From positions 160,001 to 224,000 of the forward strand of contig CAWDDT010000013.1 of the NCBI GenBank assembly GCA_963801165.1: DNA of 64,000 bases. Direction: 5' to 3'. Shown in pieces: positions 47,006 through 58,030 of the stretch; the first letter of the stretch is position 1, and every line of letters starts with the position of its first letter. The notes below the pieces were generated by a model. It ran no database searches, had not been told where the DNA came from, and saw only the letters and a list, made by a program, of their open reading frames with translations. This DNA is from an uncultured bacterium. Lineage in GTDB: Bacteria; Actinomycetota; Acidimicrobiia; Spongiisociales; UBA5794. The position numbers and the translations under genes are program-made.

Positions 47006-47397
47006 TTCTCCCCTGCCTCTCCCTGCTATGTCGTGAAACCTAGCCGACGCGCGCGTGTGATTGCGACACTTTTCGGTCCGACCCTGCCCCGTCGGTAAGA
47101 TGCTGATCACCGAAGTGGGAACTGCCCGGCGGCGAGGCCCCACTTGTGGCCCGTATCACCGGCTGCAGTCTGATCTGTTCCAGGACGTGGCAAATCGTGT
47201 CGGCGTGGGTGACCTCAATGGGTGTGAGCGTTCGGTTTGAGTTGGGAATGATTTCGCGTTCTACTGGGACAACGTGGCATCGAGCGCGTTGATCGGGTCG
47301 ATCCGCTGGGAGCTACCCCGGGTGGGCTGCTGGTCGCAATCGAGCGGCGGGTTCCATGCGAGCCGGCCTCGCCGTGCGAGCGTTGCCGACGGTGCGA

Positions 47398-47631
47398 CTA
47401 CTCGATCCGTCCAGGGGCGCCCAGAAGGGCCGTCGCGACCCCGGCAATCCCGCCGGCAATTGCGCCAACGAAAGCACCGTTCACGCCGATTCCGATGAAC
47501 CACATGACCGCAACGGCGATGAGGGCGGAAATGGCTCCGAGCGCTGCACCCAGGACTGCGATGGCCGCAGTAGAGCTCTCGACCGTGTAGATCTCTGTCA
47601 CCTCACCCGTCGAACGTGCAAATACGTCCAT
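47398..47631 (-). CDS. Small 2-TM membrane protein
   Basis: Gly/Ala-rich hydrophobic helices; start uncertain. Confidence 0.5.
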   Translation of the reverse strand: MDVFARSTGEVTEIYTVESSTAAIAVLGAALGAISALIAVAVMWFIGIGVNGAFVGAIAGGIAGVATALLGAPGRIE

Positions 47632-47823
47632 GAGATCATTGTCCCCCGGCACCCTCTGGAGGGCTAGCAACAACCTGCTCGGCGCCGCGACCCCGGGGTC
47701 CCGATTTGCCACTACCAAACGGCCCGAATGCGGATTTTTGTAGAAAAGAACTCGTGGAATCGTCGACTAGTGAGAAGCCGCTTCACGTTGTGTGACAGGC
47801 GATTTAGGTGTCTTCAGCCGGGC

Positions 47824-48315
47824 TCAGCGGCGTGGGCCATGGCCCTGGCCAGAAATGACCACTTCTGCGTCCGCAGCCACCCGCTGGTCTCCGCCGGGTC
47901 GGTGCGAGTCGTTGATGCCGGCGAACCAATAGCCACCGCCGATGCTGGCCATTAGCAGCAGGGCAGCGCCCACCCACGCAAGACCGTGTTCCCCGCGCCG
48001 GCTTGTGCCGGCCCGGTTGGGAGCGCCGCCGACTACCCGGAAGGAACGGGCGACGCCTCTCCGGTTCAAGAGAACGTGCGCCATCGTGAGCACGAGCATG
48101 GCGATGCTGGACCAGACGTGGAGACTGAGCCATGATGCCCGCGTCATCCCGAGCAACGTCGCACCGCCGCCGCGTTCCAACCAGTAGTACGGCAATAGGG
48201 CCGTCATCGCAGCCCACGTCCAGCCGATCGGCATTGTCGCCGAGATGATCGACCTGATCACTAGTCGGTGTCGCGGCCACTTGTTTTGCGTCACGTTGTT
48301 GTTGTCTACCGTCAT
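47824..48315 (-). CDS. DUF4405-like (cytochrome b-like) membrane protein
   Basis: 'LLGMTRASWLSLHVWSSI...AHVLLN' paired TM histidines. Confidence 0.7.
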   Translation of the reverse strand: MTVDNNNVTQNKWPRHRLVIRSIISATMPIGWTWAAMTALLPYYWLERGGGATLLGMTRASWLSLHVWSSIAMLVLTMAHVLLNRRGVARSFRVVGGAPNRAGTSRRGEHGLAWVGAALLLMASIGGGYWFAGINDSHRPGGDQRVAADAEVVISGQGHGPRR

Positions 48316-48404
48316 GAGGATTCCTTCTGGTGCTCCCGCGACGGTGCCACAACAGTGTTTCGTTTCCGTGAAGATGGGATCGCGTTTTCGTGTCGTATCG
48401 CCGA

Positions 48405-51400
48405 CTACAGCGATATCTCCTCGGCGTACACGAGCCGGCGCTCGGCTTGTCTGGGCCCCTCCTCACCCAGATCAGCCGGATCGCCGAGCAGGATCTCCCA
48501 CTCCTCGATGGCGACCCGCCATTTCTTGTTCTCGCCCGGCTTTCTGAGCTTGATGTTCACCGGTGACGCCAGCTCGCCCACCCACGCGGCCTCGGCGATG
48601 GTCTTGCCCGCACCGCGCAATCGCAGCTCAACGGTATCGACTGTGTCCCAGCCGAGGTCCGTCGGAATGTTGGGATCGACGCGTTGCAGCCGGGCGACGA
48701 CGCGGCGGTTGCGGCGCACCGCTTCCTCGGCGATAGCGGGCGGGGGCGGGAACGGTTCGTCGCCGCCGCCGCCTCGCGTCCCGACGGGTCCGCTGACAAC
48801 GACCCGAACGTGACGTATGTCAGTCCGGGACACGCTGGCGGTGCGCTCGGGGAGCAGCTGCACGAAATCGCACTTGACCGGCTGGGACAGGTGGCATCCG
48901 TTGACGCTGTCCGGCTGATACCGGGCGACGGCAAGGCGGACAAACGGCCAGAACTCGTCACCGGGATCGATGGCAATGTCGACATACCAGAGCCCTCGCT
49001 CCTCGTTGTACTGCGGCTCGTATCCGAGGACGGTCACCCGTGGCGCCCCGGGCACGGCGTCGTAGCTCATCGTCACCGGTGGGGCGACCGGTCGCGCATC
49101 ACCGGGCCGATTGTCGAGACCCAGCGTCGCCATCAGGTTGTCGAATTGGAGGAGCATCCCCCGGCGCGCCACCTCGCTGCTCCGCCATATCGGGTCGGCA
49201 CCCCACTGGCTGACGAAGTTCTCGAGACCGGTGTCGAGCCCGCCGGGGGCGAGCAGGACTCCGAGCAGCTCACCTCCGCCCGAGGAGTACCAGGGCCGCT
49301 CCAGGTAGATGCGTACCCCGGCCTGGCGGCGGGAACGGAGGGCGACCGGTTGCTCAGGCTCGGTGCCCACGTTCCAGCGTAGGAGTGGCAGCACCGAGTG
49401 GACGATGGGTGCCGCCGGCTTTGCCGAGCTGGGTACCGAGATGGCTACCTCGGGACCGAGCAGACTCTGCCCGTCGTCGCCAGGGGTCGCCGGGTCCGCA
49501 GCGAGATCACCGGTATCGAAGTACTCGCGGTACCGGGTCGCGGCCCGGAATCGATATGTCACGTTGCGGTGTTTGGTGTCGCCCCACTTGTGGACGGCGC
49601 GGTGGAGCCAGACCGGCCCGAAACCGGGCACCTCGACCCGGCTGTCGACCGGCCAGCCGGCAGCGAGGACGGCGAGATCCTCCTCGGGACGGATGACGGT
49701 GGTGAACCCAACGCCTGCGACGTCGGCGGCTTCGGGCACCGGCACACTGAGATCGTCGGTGTACTCGGTCCAGGATGCCTCGGCGGTGAGCATCTCGGTG
49801 CTGGGACCGTGCACGTCGATCGCTCCGGTGAGCGAGGAATCGGTTGAACCGGCCACCCGGAACGCCTCGAGCACCGTCGGCTTCGGGACTTCCAGCGGCC
49901 GGGGCACGGCATGGACGAGGGTCACGCTGTCGAATGGGGTGAGTATCCACAGCCAGCCGTCCGCAGCCGCCTCGGCGACGTCCGCGTTGGTACGGATCAC
50001 CTCGGGCAGCGACCTCCAGAACCCGAGCAGGTCGAGATCCTCCCTGCGCAGCGACGACGAGAGCCGGAACCGTTGCACGTCGCCGGCCGGCAGACCGACG
50101 TGCAACGCATGCCCGGTGAGCTCGCCCCGAAGATCGGTCGTGCCCTCCAGCACCAACCGGAACGCGGTCCGCTCCGGCCAGGTACCGCCGTAGCGGGCGG
50201 TGAAGCCCTCGGTTCCGAACGGGAATATCAGCTGCCGGTCGCGGCCCGCGTCCGGGAACACAAGCGAGATGCCGCGGGCAAGCGGGTCGGGTAGATAAGG
50301 AACCCGGATCTGATCGACGTCGTGGACAACGTACTGGCCCGGTGCGGGTGGCTCCCCCGCCGGCAAAGGCAGGGTCTTGAACGTCGAGGGCGGGACGCCG
50401 GGATCGGCGACAAGGGCGACACCCGGCTGCGGATCGCGCACGTTCGGGTCGTCGAGCCGGGGCACGTCGACATCAAACAGCGTTCCGGCCTCACGTACGG
50501 CTATCGCCAGGAGCTTCTTGTGGTCCGCGGGGTCGGTCGATCCGATCGCCTTGTCGAAGGCACCGTGCAGCTCCGACTCGGACTGGCTCGTCTTTGGGGG
50601 AACGAGATGGCGTTCTGCCCGTCCCCGATACATGTGCCCGGGGTGGTCCGCCGCATACTGGTCGGGCGGGATAACGGTGACCTCCAGGGTCTCCGGGTCC
50701 TGGACGACCCCGGAGCGGATTACGAGCTGGAGCAGCGACTCGCCGGGAGAATTGGCGTGCCGGGCAACCACGGCCGGCGGCTGTACGGGCTCCCAGCGCA
50801 GGAAGGGACGCAGCTCGGTGACTGCCAGCGTGTCTTTTGGGGTCAGCTCGGGCACAATATCGATGGCGCCGGCGATGACTGCCGGATCGACCCGGACCGG
50901 CTCGACCAGGAGGGGTGTGTCGACGTCGAGGATCATCTCCTCGAATGCCCTACCGACAAGCGTCGCCCGACCGATGTCTGCGATCTGCTCGGCGCGGCCC
51001 ATCCGTGTTGTGGCTACGGCCCGCCTATCCCGCAGCCGGGTGAATACGGCGGCGTCGACATTCCGGCTGCCGGTGAGTGGGGCATCCCCCGTTGGGTCGG
51101 GCTGGTCACCTGCGACCGTGCGGTTGCGGCGGGTCATGACCGAGCTGGTCACCTGGTTGCGGAGCTCGGTGGCGAAACCAGGTGGGCCACTGCGGCCACG
51201 GGGGTTGAGAACTGCAGCGGCCACCTGGTTTATGAAGGGCTGCGGTGGGGTGGGAGGGTTCATGTCGTGTCGCCTACTGTTGCCGGCGAGATCGACACCC
51301 CACACACGGAACGCATAAGAGCGTCCATACCGCAGCCGGGGCAATGTGCCGGGCTCCACCCGGGAGTGCAGCACGATCGGCGTCACCGGATCGGGGTCGG

Positions 51401-52913
51401 TGTCGGGATCCTCGACGATCTCATCGCCCGCTTCATGGCGGACCCTGTTACCCGGTCGCGGTGCAGACAGGCTCCAGCCGCCCCAGCTGAACATGGCCTC
51501 GTGAACGTGTACGGGAGAGTCGGCGACATCCGCGGTCTCCGCAGCCGTAGTGCTCTGCGCGAACCCCTCGTCCGGGACATCCGTGAACACCTGGCCGTGA
51601 TCGAGCACGTCGGCATCGACCCGGCGAGCATGGAGCGTGAACCAGCGGCCGGCGTCGTCGTCGAAGACCTCGACCCGGTAACCCTGGGTGACGTCCTCGG
51701 TGTTGAGCAGGGGTATCTTGCCGGCTACCACATCCTGGCCGATCTGGGTCTGCGACCCCATCCGGGCCTGGGTCTCGAGAGCGCGGCCGTTGCGAACGAC
51801 GGTGAAGCCACCGGTCCTCAGCGCCGGCGGCGCGGTCGTCGCTTCACCCTTGTTCTCGACGGTACGCAGTAGCCTCGGAATGGTCCATAGGAAGCGATCG
51901 GTCTTGAGGGCTGAGCCGTCGGCGTCCATGTCGAGCACGCCAAACAAATCCACATCACCGACCAGGAGCCTGCCCGCAGACCATTCCTCGCTCCGGGGCA
52001 CCGTGACCATCTCATCGCCGGCGGCGGCGCACATGGTTCGGGAGCCGAGACCGACCGCACCATCCACCTTGATGAGGGCGGTGAGCCATTCGCTGGCGGC
52101 GAGCAGACCAAGATCATCGACCACCAGGTCGACGACGAGCCCGAGCCTGCGCAGCACCCCGGGATGGTCGCCGAGCAGAGACACCCGGTCGTGGAAATCA
52201 GGCTCCGGTCTTGGCACCGGGTCGCGGGTCGCTCCGTCGATCGGCCGTGGCCGCGAGGTCTGCTGCGACTCGGGACGCTCGTAGAAACGCCGGGCCCGGT
52301 GCAATTCGAGGAACGCCCTGTCTAGACCGCGGCGGTTACTCAGCCTCTCCTCGACCTCCCTGAGGGTGACGACACCATCCCCCTTGCTCCCCTCGCCCAG
52401 GGTCTCGTCGTTGGCCCGGGTGAGCCACGACTCGTTGTAGAGGCTGAGGTCGGTGGGCAGGTCTATGCGCTGGTTGACTATCGCGGTGAGGGGATCGCTC
52501 TCCCGATCGGGAACGCCGGGTGTGATCGGATTGAACGCCATCGACGCAGCCGAGATGAGCTTGGCCGTATCGTGGACGTCGGCCGCGCGGAATGTTCGCC
52601 AGTACCGGCCGTCCCAGTCGGGCGGGTGTGGGTCGCGGACCGGTGTGTCCGGCGGGAATACCCTGGACCAGGCGGCGACGTCGAGATCGGCGAGCAGCGG
52701 GTGTGATGCGATGACACCCGTGTCGTTGCTGAGGACGATCCCGGCGTTGTCGACGAGCTTGAGCGCCCATTCGGAGAAGACGTCGAACGATTTGAGCGGC
52801 TCCTCACCGCCCGCCGGTACGAGCTGGGGCGATATGAACAGTGACACATGGAACGGAGCGGCCGGATCCTTGCTGTAAGGCAAGGCAACGACTGTGAAGC
52901 GATCTTGTGCCAT
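48405..52913 (-). CDS. Giant uncharacterised protein (1502 aa), beta-rich with FnIII-like segments
   Basis: Long ORF with normal GC3 bias; 'LRYGRSYAFRVWGVDLAGN' FnIII-like strand pair; no signal peptide or TM. Confidence 0.85.
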   Translation of the reverse strand: MAQDRFTVVALPYSKDPAAPFHVSLFISPQLVPAGGEEPLKSFDVFSEWALKLVDNAGIVLSNDTGVIASHPLLADLDVAAWSRVFPPDTPVRDPHPPDWDGRYWRTFRAADVHDTAKLISAASMAFNPITPGVPDRESDPLTAIVNQRIDLPTDLSLYNESWLTRANDETLGEGSKGDGVVTLREVEERLSNRRGLDRAFLELHRARRFYERPESQQTSRPRPIDGATRDPVPRPEPDFHDRVSLLGDHPGVLRRLGLVVDLVVDDLGLLAASEWLTALIKVDGAVGLGSRTMCAAAGDEMVTVPRSEEWSAGRLLVGDVDLFGVLDMDADGSALKTDRFLWTIPRLLRTVENKGEATTAPPALRTGGFTVVRNGRALETQARMGSQTQIGQDVVAGKIPLLNTEDVTQGYRVEVFDDDAGRWFTLHARRVDADVLDHGQVFTDVPDEGFAQSTTAAETADVADSPVHVHEAMFSWGGWSLSAPRPGNRVRHEAGDEIVEDPDTDPDPVTPIVLHSRVEPGTLPRLRYGRSYAFRVWGVDLAGNSRRHDMNPPTPPQPFINQVAAAVLNPRGRSGPPGFATELRNQVTSSVMTRRNRTVAGDQPDPTGDAPLTGSRNVDAAVFTRLRDRRAVATTRMGRAEQIADIGRATLVGRAFEEMILDVDTPLLVEPVRVDPAVIAGAIDIVPELTPKDTLAVTELRPFLRWEPVQPPAVVARHANSPGESLLQLVIRSGVVQDPETLEVTVIPPDQYAADHPGHMYRGRAERHLVPPKTSQSESELHGAFDKAIGSTDPADHKKLLAIAVREAGTLFDVDVPRLDDPNVRDPQPGVALVADPGVPPSTFKTLPLPAGEPPAPGQYVVHDVDQIRVPYLPDPLARGISLVFPDAGRDRQLIFPFGTEGFTARYGGTWPERTAFRLVLEGTTDLRGELTGHALHVGLPAGDVQRFRLSSSLRREDLDLLGFWRSLPEVIRTNADVAEAAADGWLWILTPFDSVTLVHAVPRPLEVPKPTVLEAFRVAGSTDSSLTGAIDVHGPSTEMLTAEASWTEYTDDLSVPVPEAADVAGVGFTTVIRPEEDLAVLAAGWPVDSRVEVPGFGPVWLHRAVHKWGDTKHRNVTYRFRAATRYREYFDTGDLAADPATPGDDGQSLLGPEVAISVPSSAKPAAPIVHSVLPLLRWNVGTEPEQPVALRSRRQAGVRIYLERPWYSSGGGELLGVLLAPGGLDTGLENFVSQWGADPIWRSSEVARRGMLLQFDNLMATLGLDNRPGDARPVAPPVTMSYDAVPGAPRVTVLGYEPQYNEERGLWYVDIAIDPGDEFWPFVRLAVARYQPDSVNGCHLSQPVKCDFVQLLPERTASVSRTDIRHVRVVVSGPVGTRGGGGDEPFPPPPAIAEEAVRRNRRVVARLQRVDPNIPTDLGWDTVDTVELRLRGAGKTIAEAAWVGELASPVNIKLRKPGENKKWRVAIEEWEILLGDPADLGEEGPRQAERRLVYAEEISL

Positions 52914-52914
52914 A

Positions 52915-55900
52915 TCAGGCTCCTGCGAAGGCGAGACAGTATTCGGACCAGGCCCGTGACGTGCCGTCGGCCTCGAGGCCCATTACGTCGACGAAGTTCG
53001 GGTCGCCGTTGGATCCGGCGAACTGGCGCTCCGCTTCGATGGTGACCGACGCCGAGAAGAACAGCACCTCCACCTTGACGGTGAGCGACGCCTTTCCGAC
53101 CATCTTCCCGGTGTCGAAGTCGTAGTTGAGCTCCAGGTAGAGCTCGATCGAGGCGGAGATGAGACCGAGCACGTCGACCTCGCCACGCAGCCGGAAGTAA
53201 CCGGCGAGCGAACCGGCGTCGCCTTCGAGCCTCATGTAGATACCGAGCATCGCCGACACCGAGCCGGAGGCGACCCCGAAGTCGACCGCGAGCACCGCTC
53301 CCGCTTCGAGGCTCAGCTCCAGTACCACCAGACCCTGGGGTGAGAGCCGGATTCCGAAGAACCCACCGCCACCGATAAAGAGCACGGCCAGAGTGAAAGG
53401 ACGCTCCCTGGTGCAGAAGTTGAACCCGACGGTGACCATCTCACCGAGGAACGGGACCTGGACGTCGGCGCCGAGCGACAGGTTGGACAGGTTGAAGACG
53501 CCGATGGCGACATTCGGCAAGTCCTGGGTGAAGCCGGCGGTGAGACCAGATGCGGTCACGTCGAGGAACGGCGGATCGGAGAACCCGTCGAATGGGATCA
53601 GCTCCTTGAGAACTTCGATGAACCCGAGAAGTCCGACGAACTCGATGTCGTTGAGAACGACATCTACCTCGGCCTTGCCGGACGTGCCACCCTTGAAGGA
53701 GAGGTGGTCGAACTTGAATTTGACCAGCTCGGCGCCGGGCAGCAGGTTGAGCGTGAAGTCCTTGAGCTCGGCGAGTGCGTCGACGCCCATCTCTCCTTTG
53801 CCGTTGATGCGACCCTCGACGGCGATGACCAGGCTGTCGGTCGCGAGTTCGAGGACCGGGTCGTTGCTGTCGGGCCAGGACGTCATCTTGGGACGCCACT
53901 CGTAGCGATAGGTGAACTGGGCGCTGCTCGAACCGAGCCCGTTGACGAACCTGACGATGTCGGAGATGAGGTCGGCGGCATCGGCGATGGTCTGGAGTAC
54001 GTCGGCGAGGCTCTCGAGCTGGTTGCCGACGAGTGGCGGCAGCAGCGGAGCCACCACCCGGATCTCGTCGATCGCGTCACGCAGGGCGTTGAGCGGATCA
54101 GCCAGCGCCTGCTCGACGGCCTCCTGGGTGGCATCGACGAGGCTCTTGATCGTGTCGCCGACCACGGTCGTTGCGTTGTCGACCACAGACTCCAGGTTCT
54201 GGGCGGCGGTGAGCGCGGCGTTGGCCGCGTCCTGGAGCTCTTGGGCCTTCCCGGCCGCACGGGTGACGAGCTTGTTCGCCTCGGTCACTGCGTCCTGGAC
54301 CATGTTCCTGGCGCGCTCGAGGTCGTCGAGGAATCCTTCGATCCGGTCGAGTGTTTCGGAGATGACTGAGGGGGCATCATCGAGATCGAGACCGACCAAC
54401 TCCAGGATGTCCACCAGGTCGACGAGCCCGAACAGCTTGGGGAGGACCCCATCGAGGAACTGCGTCGGGTTGAAGTCGCCGGCGGCGGTGGAAGCAAGGT
54501 CGTTCACGGTCCCGTTGAGACGGGACAGCCCGGCGACCTTGAGGTCGGGTTGGATAAAGCCGCCGGCTTTGTCGCTGCCCGATGTCTTGCCCGACCCGAA
54601 CCCCAACTCCACTGCCGTCTTCAGCTCCGCCCACACCTGGCCGCTGTTGCTCCCACCAAACCCGGCGTCGAGGTATGTCTCGAAGTAGTGGATGGCGACC
54701 GGCCCGGCCGCCGACAGCTGCTCGACGGCGTCGATGGTGATATCGGCGGTGACCATCGTCGGGGTCGACCCACCCACCTGAGGCTCCGCGTCGAAGGTGA
54801 TCGCCGCGGCGGGAGCGATGGTGTCGCCGCCTTTGTTCACCTCGGCGAAGGCGACCTTCTGCCCGTCGGCGGCGATGGTTGCGTGCGGCGCGTGTACCGC
54901 CCGGATGGCGGCGCCGTCGAGGTTCGCTGCGGCGACCCAGGTGAGCGGTGTGGCGAGGCGGACGGCCCGGTCCTCGTGGTCCCGGGTGTGGAGGATGAAC
55001 ACAAACGGGACGTTGTCGACCATCGGGACGAAAGCTGTGTTGAAGTCGTCGCCGCTGGGGGGCGGGTCGAGCGTGGGGGTGACCAGCGGGACAACCCTCA
55101 CCTCGGTGAACGGCAAATCACGCTGGTCGAAGCGCTTCACCGGCTCCTTGATGACGAGGAACATCCGCTGGTAGAGGCCGGCGATCGAATCGGTCGGCGT
55201 CTTCATCTTGCGCTCGGTGAGCTTCACCAGGCTGGCCCTGTGCCCGAACGGCCACAGGTAGCCCGGATAGACCACCTTGACGAACTGGTCTCGGCCCATC
55301 GGAGCAACGTGATCCCAGGACTCGATGGAGGACATGAGCCCACCCGCCGAGTACGGGTCGGTGTCCCATGCACCGTGAAAGTCGAGCCATGCCCCCAGCG
55401 ACGACACGTAGAAGCTGCGTGCATCGACGGGCTCGGGATAGATCCGCTTCCCGTCCGCACCGAGCCAGGTCTCGCTCGATTGCCGCACGAGCATGTGCCG
55501 GTCGGCGCCATCGAGCGACGACCGGAACGGGTCGTCGACATGGGTCGGCTTCAGCTCCTGGGTGAAGTCGGCCATCGCCTCGCGATCTCTGGCCCAGATC
55601 GCCCTGATGATGCGCTGGTAGGTGGACGTCTCGTCGATGGAGACGGTCCCATCCCTTCCGGTGCTGCGCACCCCGAGCCGGGAGTGCCACAGCTCGACGC
55701 GCTGAGCGGCGTCTTCGGCGCGCACCGGCTCGACGGCGTGGACCCAGCCACCTTGGTCGCTCGGGCTGATGATGAGCCGAAATGGAGCCTCGATGGAGGT
55801 CTCGAACTGGCGAGGATCACGGCTGAAGGTGGGCCGGTCGGGCAGCGTGATGACCCGGCCTCCCCCGATCAAACCGCCCCGACCGATCACCGAGGTGATC

Positions 55901-56676
55901 CCAACCGGGCGGCCCCCGATGATCGCCGTGGTGGCGGTGGCGTCCTGGTCGATGGTGACGTTGCGGGCCGTTATCGTCCCCAGCCGGGCGCCGATGGCCC
56001 TGGCGATGCGCCGGTCGCGCATCAATCGGTTGAATCCCGCAACCGTGCTCGGGTCGGGTCCCGTACGGCGTGTCGACACGGGGGCGACAACGATGCCCCC
56101 CGCGGTACCGATGGCGACCAGACCGGAGCCGAGCCCGAAGATCGGTCCTTGCGGTGGGATCCTCACGTACGGTCGGGGCACCGCCAGCGGATGGACCTCC
56201 ATCTCCAGTTGCGTCATCGCATGGAGGACACCTTGGATGGTGAAGGGAATCTCGTAGCCTGCCGGTACGGCATAGACGATGCGGCTGCTCTTGGCCGGGC
56301 GGGCCTGCTCGGGCCTGACGAACACCGAGCTCTCCGGCGGATCTGGATTCGAGTGATCGTCGGCTACCGGTGGGTCGACCTTCGTCTCGTAGATCGCCCG
56401 TTCTGCGATGTGCTGGAAAGAGAGATGAACGACGAGATGGCCGGGGTCCGCTCCGGCGACGAGGGCCGGCTCCTCACCGACGACCAGCTCGAGCCCGAAC
56501 CCCTCGACCCGCAGCGCGACGAGGTCGGCAGGCCGCATGACGTCAAATACGACATCCGGCGGTTCCGGTTGTGGCGCAACAACAATCGGTGGCACGGGCA
56601 GCCGCGAGATTCCGTCGACAAAGCGATCGACGGGTATCTCAACAGCCGTCCTGATATCGCGTCGTCGCGTGGTCAT
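52915..56676 (-). CDS. Giant uncharacterised protein (1253 aa) with amphipathic helical insert and beta-strand-rich C-terminus
   Basis: GGGAGGG RBS; helical region 'LDDLERARNMVQDAVTEANK...' and a C-terminus of alternating hydrophobic strands; 1 nt from the next gene. Confidence 0.85.
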   Translation of the reverse strand: MTTRRRDIRTAVEIPVDRFVDGISRLPVPPIVVAPQPEPPDVVFDVMRPADLVALRVEGFGLELVVGEEPALVAGADPGHLVVHLSFQHIAERAIYETKVDPPVADDHSNPDPPESSVFVRPEQARPAKSSRIVYAVPAGYEIPFTIQGVLHAMTQLEMEVHPLAVPRPYVRIPPQGPIFGLGSGLVAIGTAGGIVVAPVSTRRTGPDPSTVAGFNRLMRDRRIARAIGARLGTITARNVTIDQDATATTAIIGGRPVGITSVIGRGGLIGGGRVITLPDRPTFSRDPRQFETSIEAPFRLIISPSDQGGWVHAVEPVRAEDAAQRVELWHSRLGVRSTGRDGTVSIDETSTYQRIIRAIWARDREAMADFTQELKPTHVDDPFRSSLDGADRHMLVRQSSETWLGADGKRIYPEPVDARSFYVSSLGAWLDFHGAWDTDPYSAGGLMSSIESWDHVAPMGRDQFVKVVYPGYLWPFGHRASLVKLTERKMKTPTDSIAGLYQRMFLVIKEPVKRFDQRDLPFTEVRVVPLVTPTLDPPPSGDDFNTAFVPMVDNVPFVFILHTRDHEDRAVRLATPLTWVAAANLDGAAIRAVHAPHATIAADGQKVAFAEVNKGGDTIAPAAAITFDAEPQVGGSTPTMVTADITIDAVEQLSAAGPVAIHYFETYLDAGFGGSNSGQVWAELKTAVELGFGSGKTSGSDKAGGFIQPDLKVAGLSRLNGTVNDLASTAAGDFNPTQFLDGVLPKLFGLVDLVDILELVGLDLDDAPSVISETLDRIEGFLDDLERARNMVQDAVTEANKLVTRAAGKAQELQDAANAALTAAQNLESVVDNATTVVGDTIKSLVDATQEAVEQALADPLNALRDAIDEIRVVAPLLPPLVGNQLESLADVLQTIADAADLISDIVRFVNGLGSSSAQFTYRYEWRPKMTSWPDSNDPVLELATDSLVIAVEGRINGKGEMGVDALAELKDFTLNLLPGAELVKFKFDHLSFKGGTSGKAEVDVVLNDIEFVGLLGFIEVLKELIPFDGFSDPPFLDVTASGLTAGFTQDLPNVAIGVFNLSNLSLGADVQVPFLGEMVTVGFNFCTRERPFTLAVLFIGGGGFFGIRLSPQGLVVLELSLEAGAVLAVDFGVASGSVSAMLGIYMRLEGDAGSLAGYFRLRGEVDVLGLISASIELYLELNYDFDTGKMVGKASLTVKVEVLFFSASVTIEAERQFAGSNGDPNFVDVMGLEADGTSRAWSEYCLAFAGA

Positions 56677-56807
56677 CGCCGATGTCCCTCCCTACTGAGA
56701 CGTGTTTCAGGTCTACCCGCGGCCGGCGGCGGCCGGGTGTTTAGTTTTCGCGACCTGATCATCGGAGGACCGCTAATCCGGCACACGCGCCCGCCGACAT
56801 AGAGGCA

Positions 56808-57341
56808 ATGAGCAGATCATTGTCAATGCGCGCCGGGTTCGCGGCCGACCTGCTGACGGCGACACGTCTCGGCTTGGCCCTCCCCATCTTCTTCGCCGCC
56901 GGTATGGGCTTCAGCGAGCCCGTGGCCGTCATGCTGGCCGCAGCGTGGTGGACGGATTTCTTCGACGGGCACCTGGCACGCCGGGCGGGCGGCAAGACCC
57001 GGCTGGGTGATCTGGACACGTTCGCCGACGTCACCATCGCGTCCGCCCTCCTGGCCGGTGAAGTAGCGGCGGGTACCCCACCACTGTGGGGAGCGGTGGG
57101 TCTGGTGCTGCTGGCCATGTTCGTCGCCCGCCACAACACGGTGTGGTGCGTCCTGTTGCAGGCGGTTGCCTACGGACTCGTTCTGGCCAGGCTCCTGACG
57201 GACGCCCCGGTCTGGTCGGTTCTTCCTCTGATGACTGCCCTCACCATGCTGTGGCTCAACCGGCAGCGATTCATCGGAGAGTTCCTGCCCCGGCTCGTCG
57301 GCACGATTGCACCTGCGGTGGGCACGGCGCGCAAAGCCTGA
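56808..57341 (+). CDS. CDP-alcohol phosphatidyltransferase family protein
   Basis: 'ADLLTATR', 'TDFFDGHLARR....TRLG.LDTFAD'. Confidence 0.85.
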   Translation: MSRSLSMRAGFAADLLTATRLGLALPIFFAAGMGFSEPVAVMLAAAWWTDFFDGHLARRAGGKTRLGDLDTFADVTIASALLAGEVAAGTPPLWGAVGLVLLAMFVARHNTVWCVLLQAVAYGLVLARLLTDAPVWSVLPLMTALTMLWLNRQRFIGEFLPRLVGTIAPAVGTARKA

Positions 57342-57425
57342 GCCTGCGCCCGAACTTTCTCGATTCCGGCCCGCCCTTACAGACCCGCTGCTGATATCTT
57401 GGAATGTGAACCTGAGGAGGTGCAC

Positions 57426-58004
57426 ATGTCCAAGAAGATTCTGATGCTGGTCGGCGACTTCGTCGAGGACTACGAGGTGATGGTCCCCTTCCAGGCGCTG
57501 CTCGCCGTTGGTCACGAAGTTCACGCCGTCTGCCCGGACAAGACGGCGGGCGAAACGGTCCGGACTGCGATCCATGACTTCGAGGGAGACCAGACGTACA
57601 GCGAGAAGCCCGGCCACAACTTCGCCCTGAACGCCACGTTCGACGAGATCGACGAGACCAAGTACGACGCGCTGGTGATCCCCGGAGGCCGGGCGCCCGA
57701 GTACCTCAGGCTGAACCCCCGGGTGCTGGAGATAACCCGCCATTTCGCCGACGCGAGCAAGCCGATAGCCGCCATCTGCCACGGCCCGCAGATCCTCGCT
57801 GCCGCCGGCGTGCTCGGGGGTCGAGAATGCGCTGCATACCCGGCGGTTGGCCCCGGCGTGACGGCGGCCGGTGGCGACTATCAGGACATCCCGGTAAACG
57901 AGGCGCACACCCAGGGCAACCTGGTCACCGCTCCGGCCTGGCCCGCCCACCCGGCATGGATATCACAGTTCCTCGAGCTGCTCGGGACCAAGATCATGAT
58001 GTAG
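57426..58004 (+). CDS. DJ-1/PfpI family protein
   Basis: 'GDFVEDYE', '[11 protein letters not shown]', 'AAICHG'. Confidence 0.93.
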   Translation: MSKKILMLVGDFVEDYEVMVPFQALLAVGHEVHAVCPDKTAGETVRTAIHDFEGDQTYSEKPGHNFALNATFDEIDETKYDALVIPGGRAPEYLRLNPRVLEITRHFADASKPIAAICHGPQILAAAGVLGGRECAAYPAVGPGVTAAGGDYQDIPVNEAHTQGNLVTAPAWPAHPAWISQFLELLGTKIMM

Positions 58005-58030
58005 GCGCCGGCTCCCCCTGGCTGCGCCGC

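Noticed and set aside
54550-56802. 750-aa + strand ORF and similar long antisense ORFs (e.g. 9116-10402, 25562-26974, 50322-51872)
   Set aside because: Typical antisense shadows of high-GC genes; no motifs
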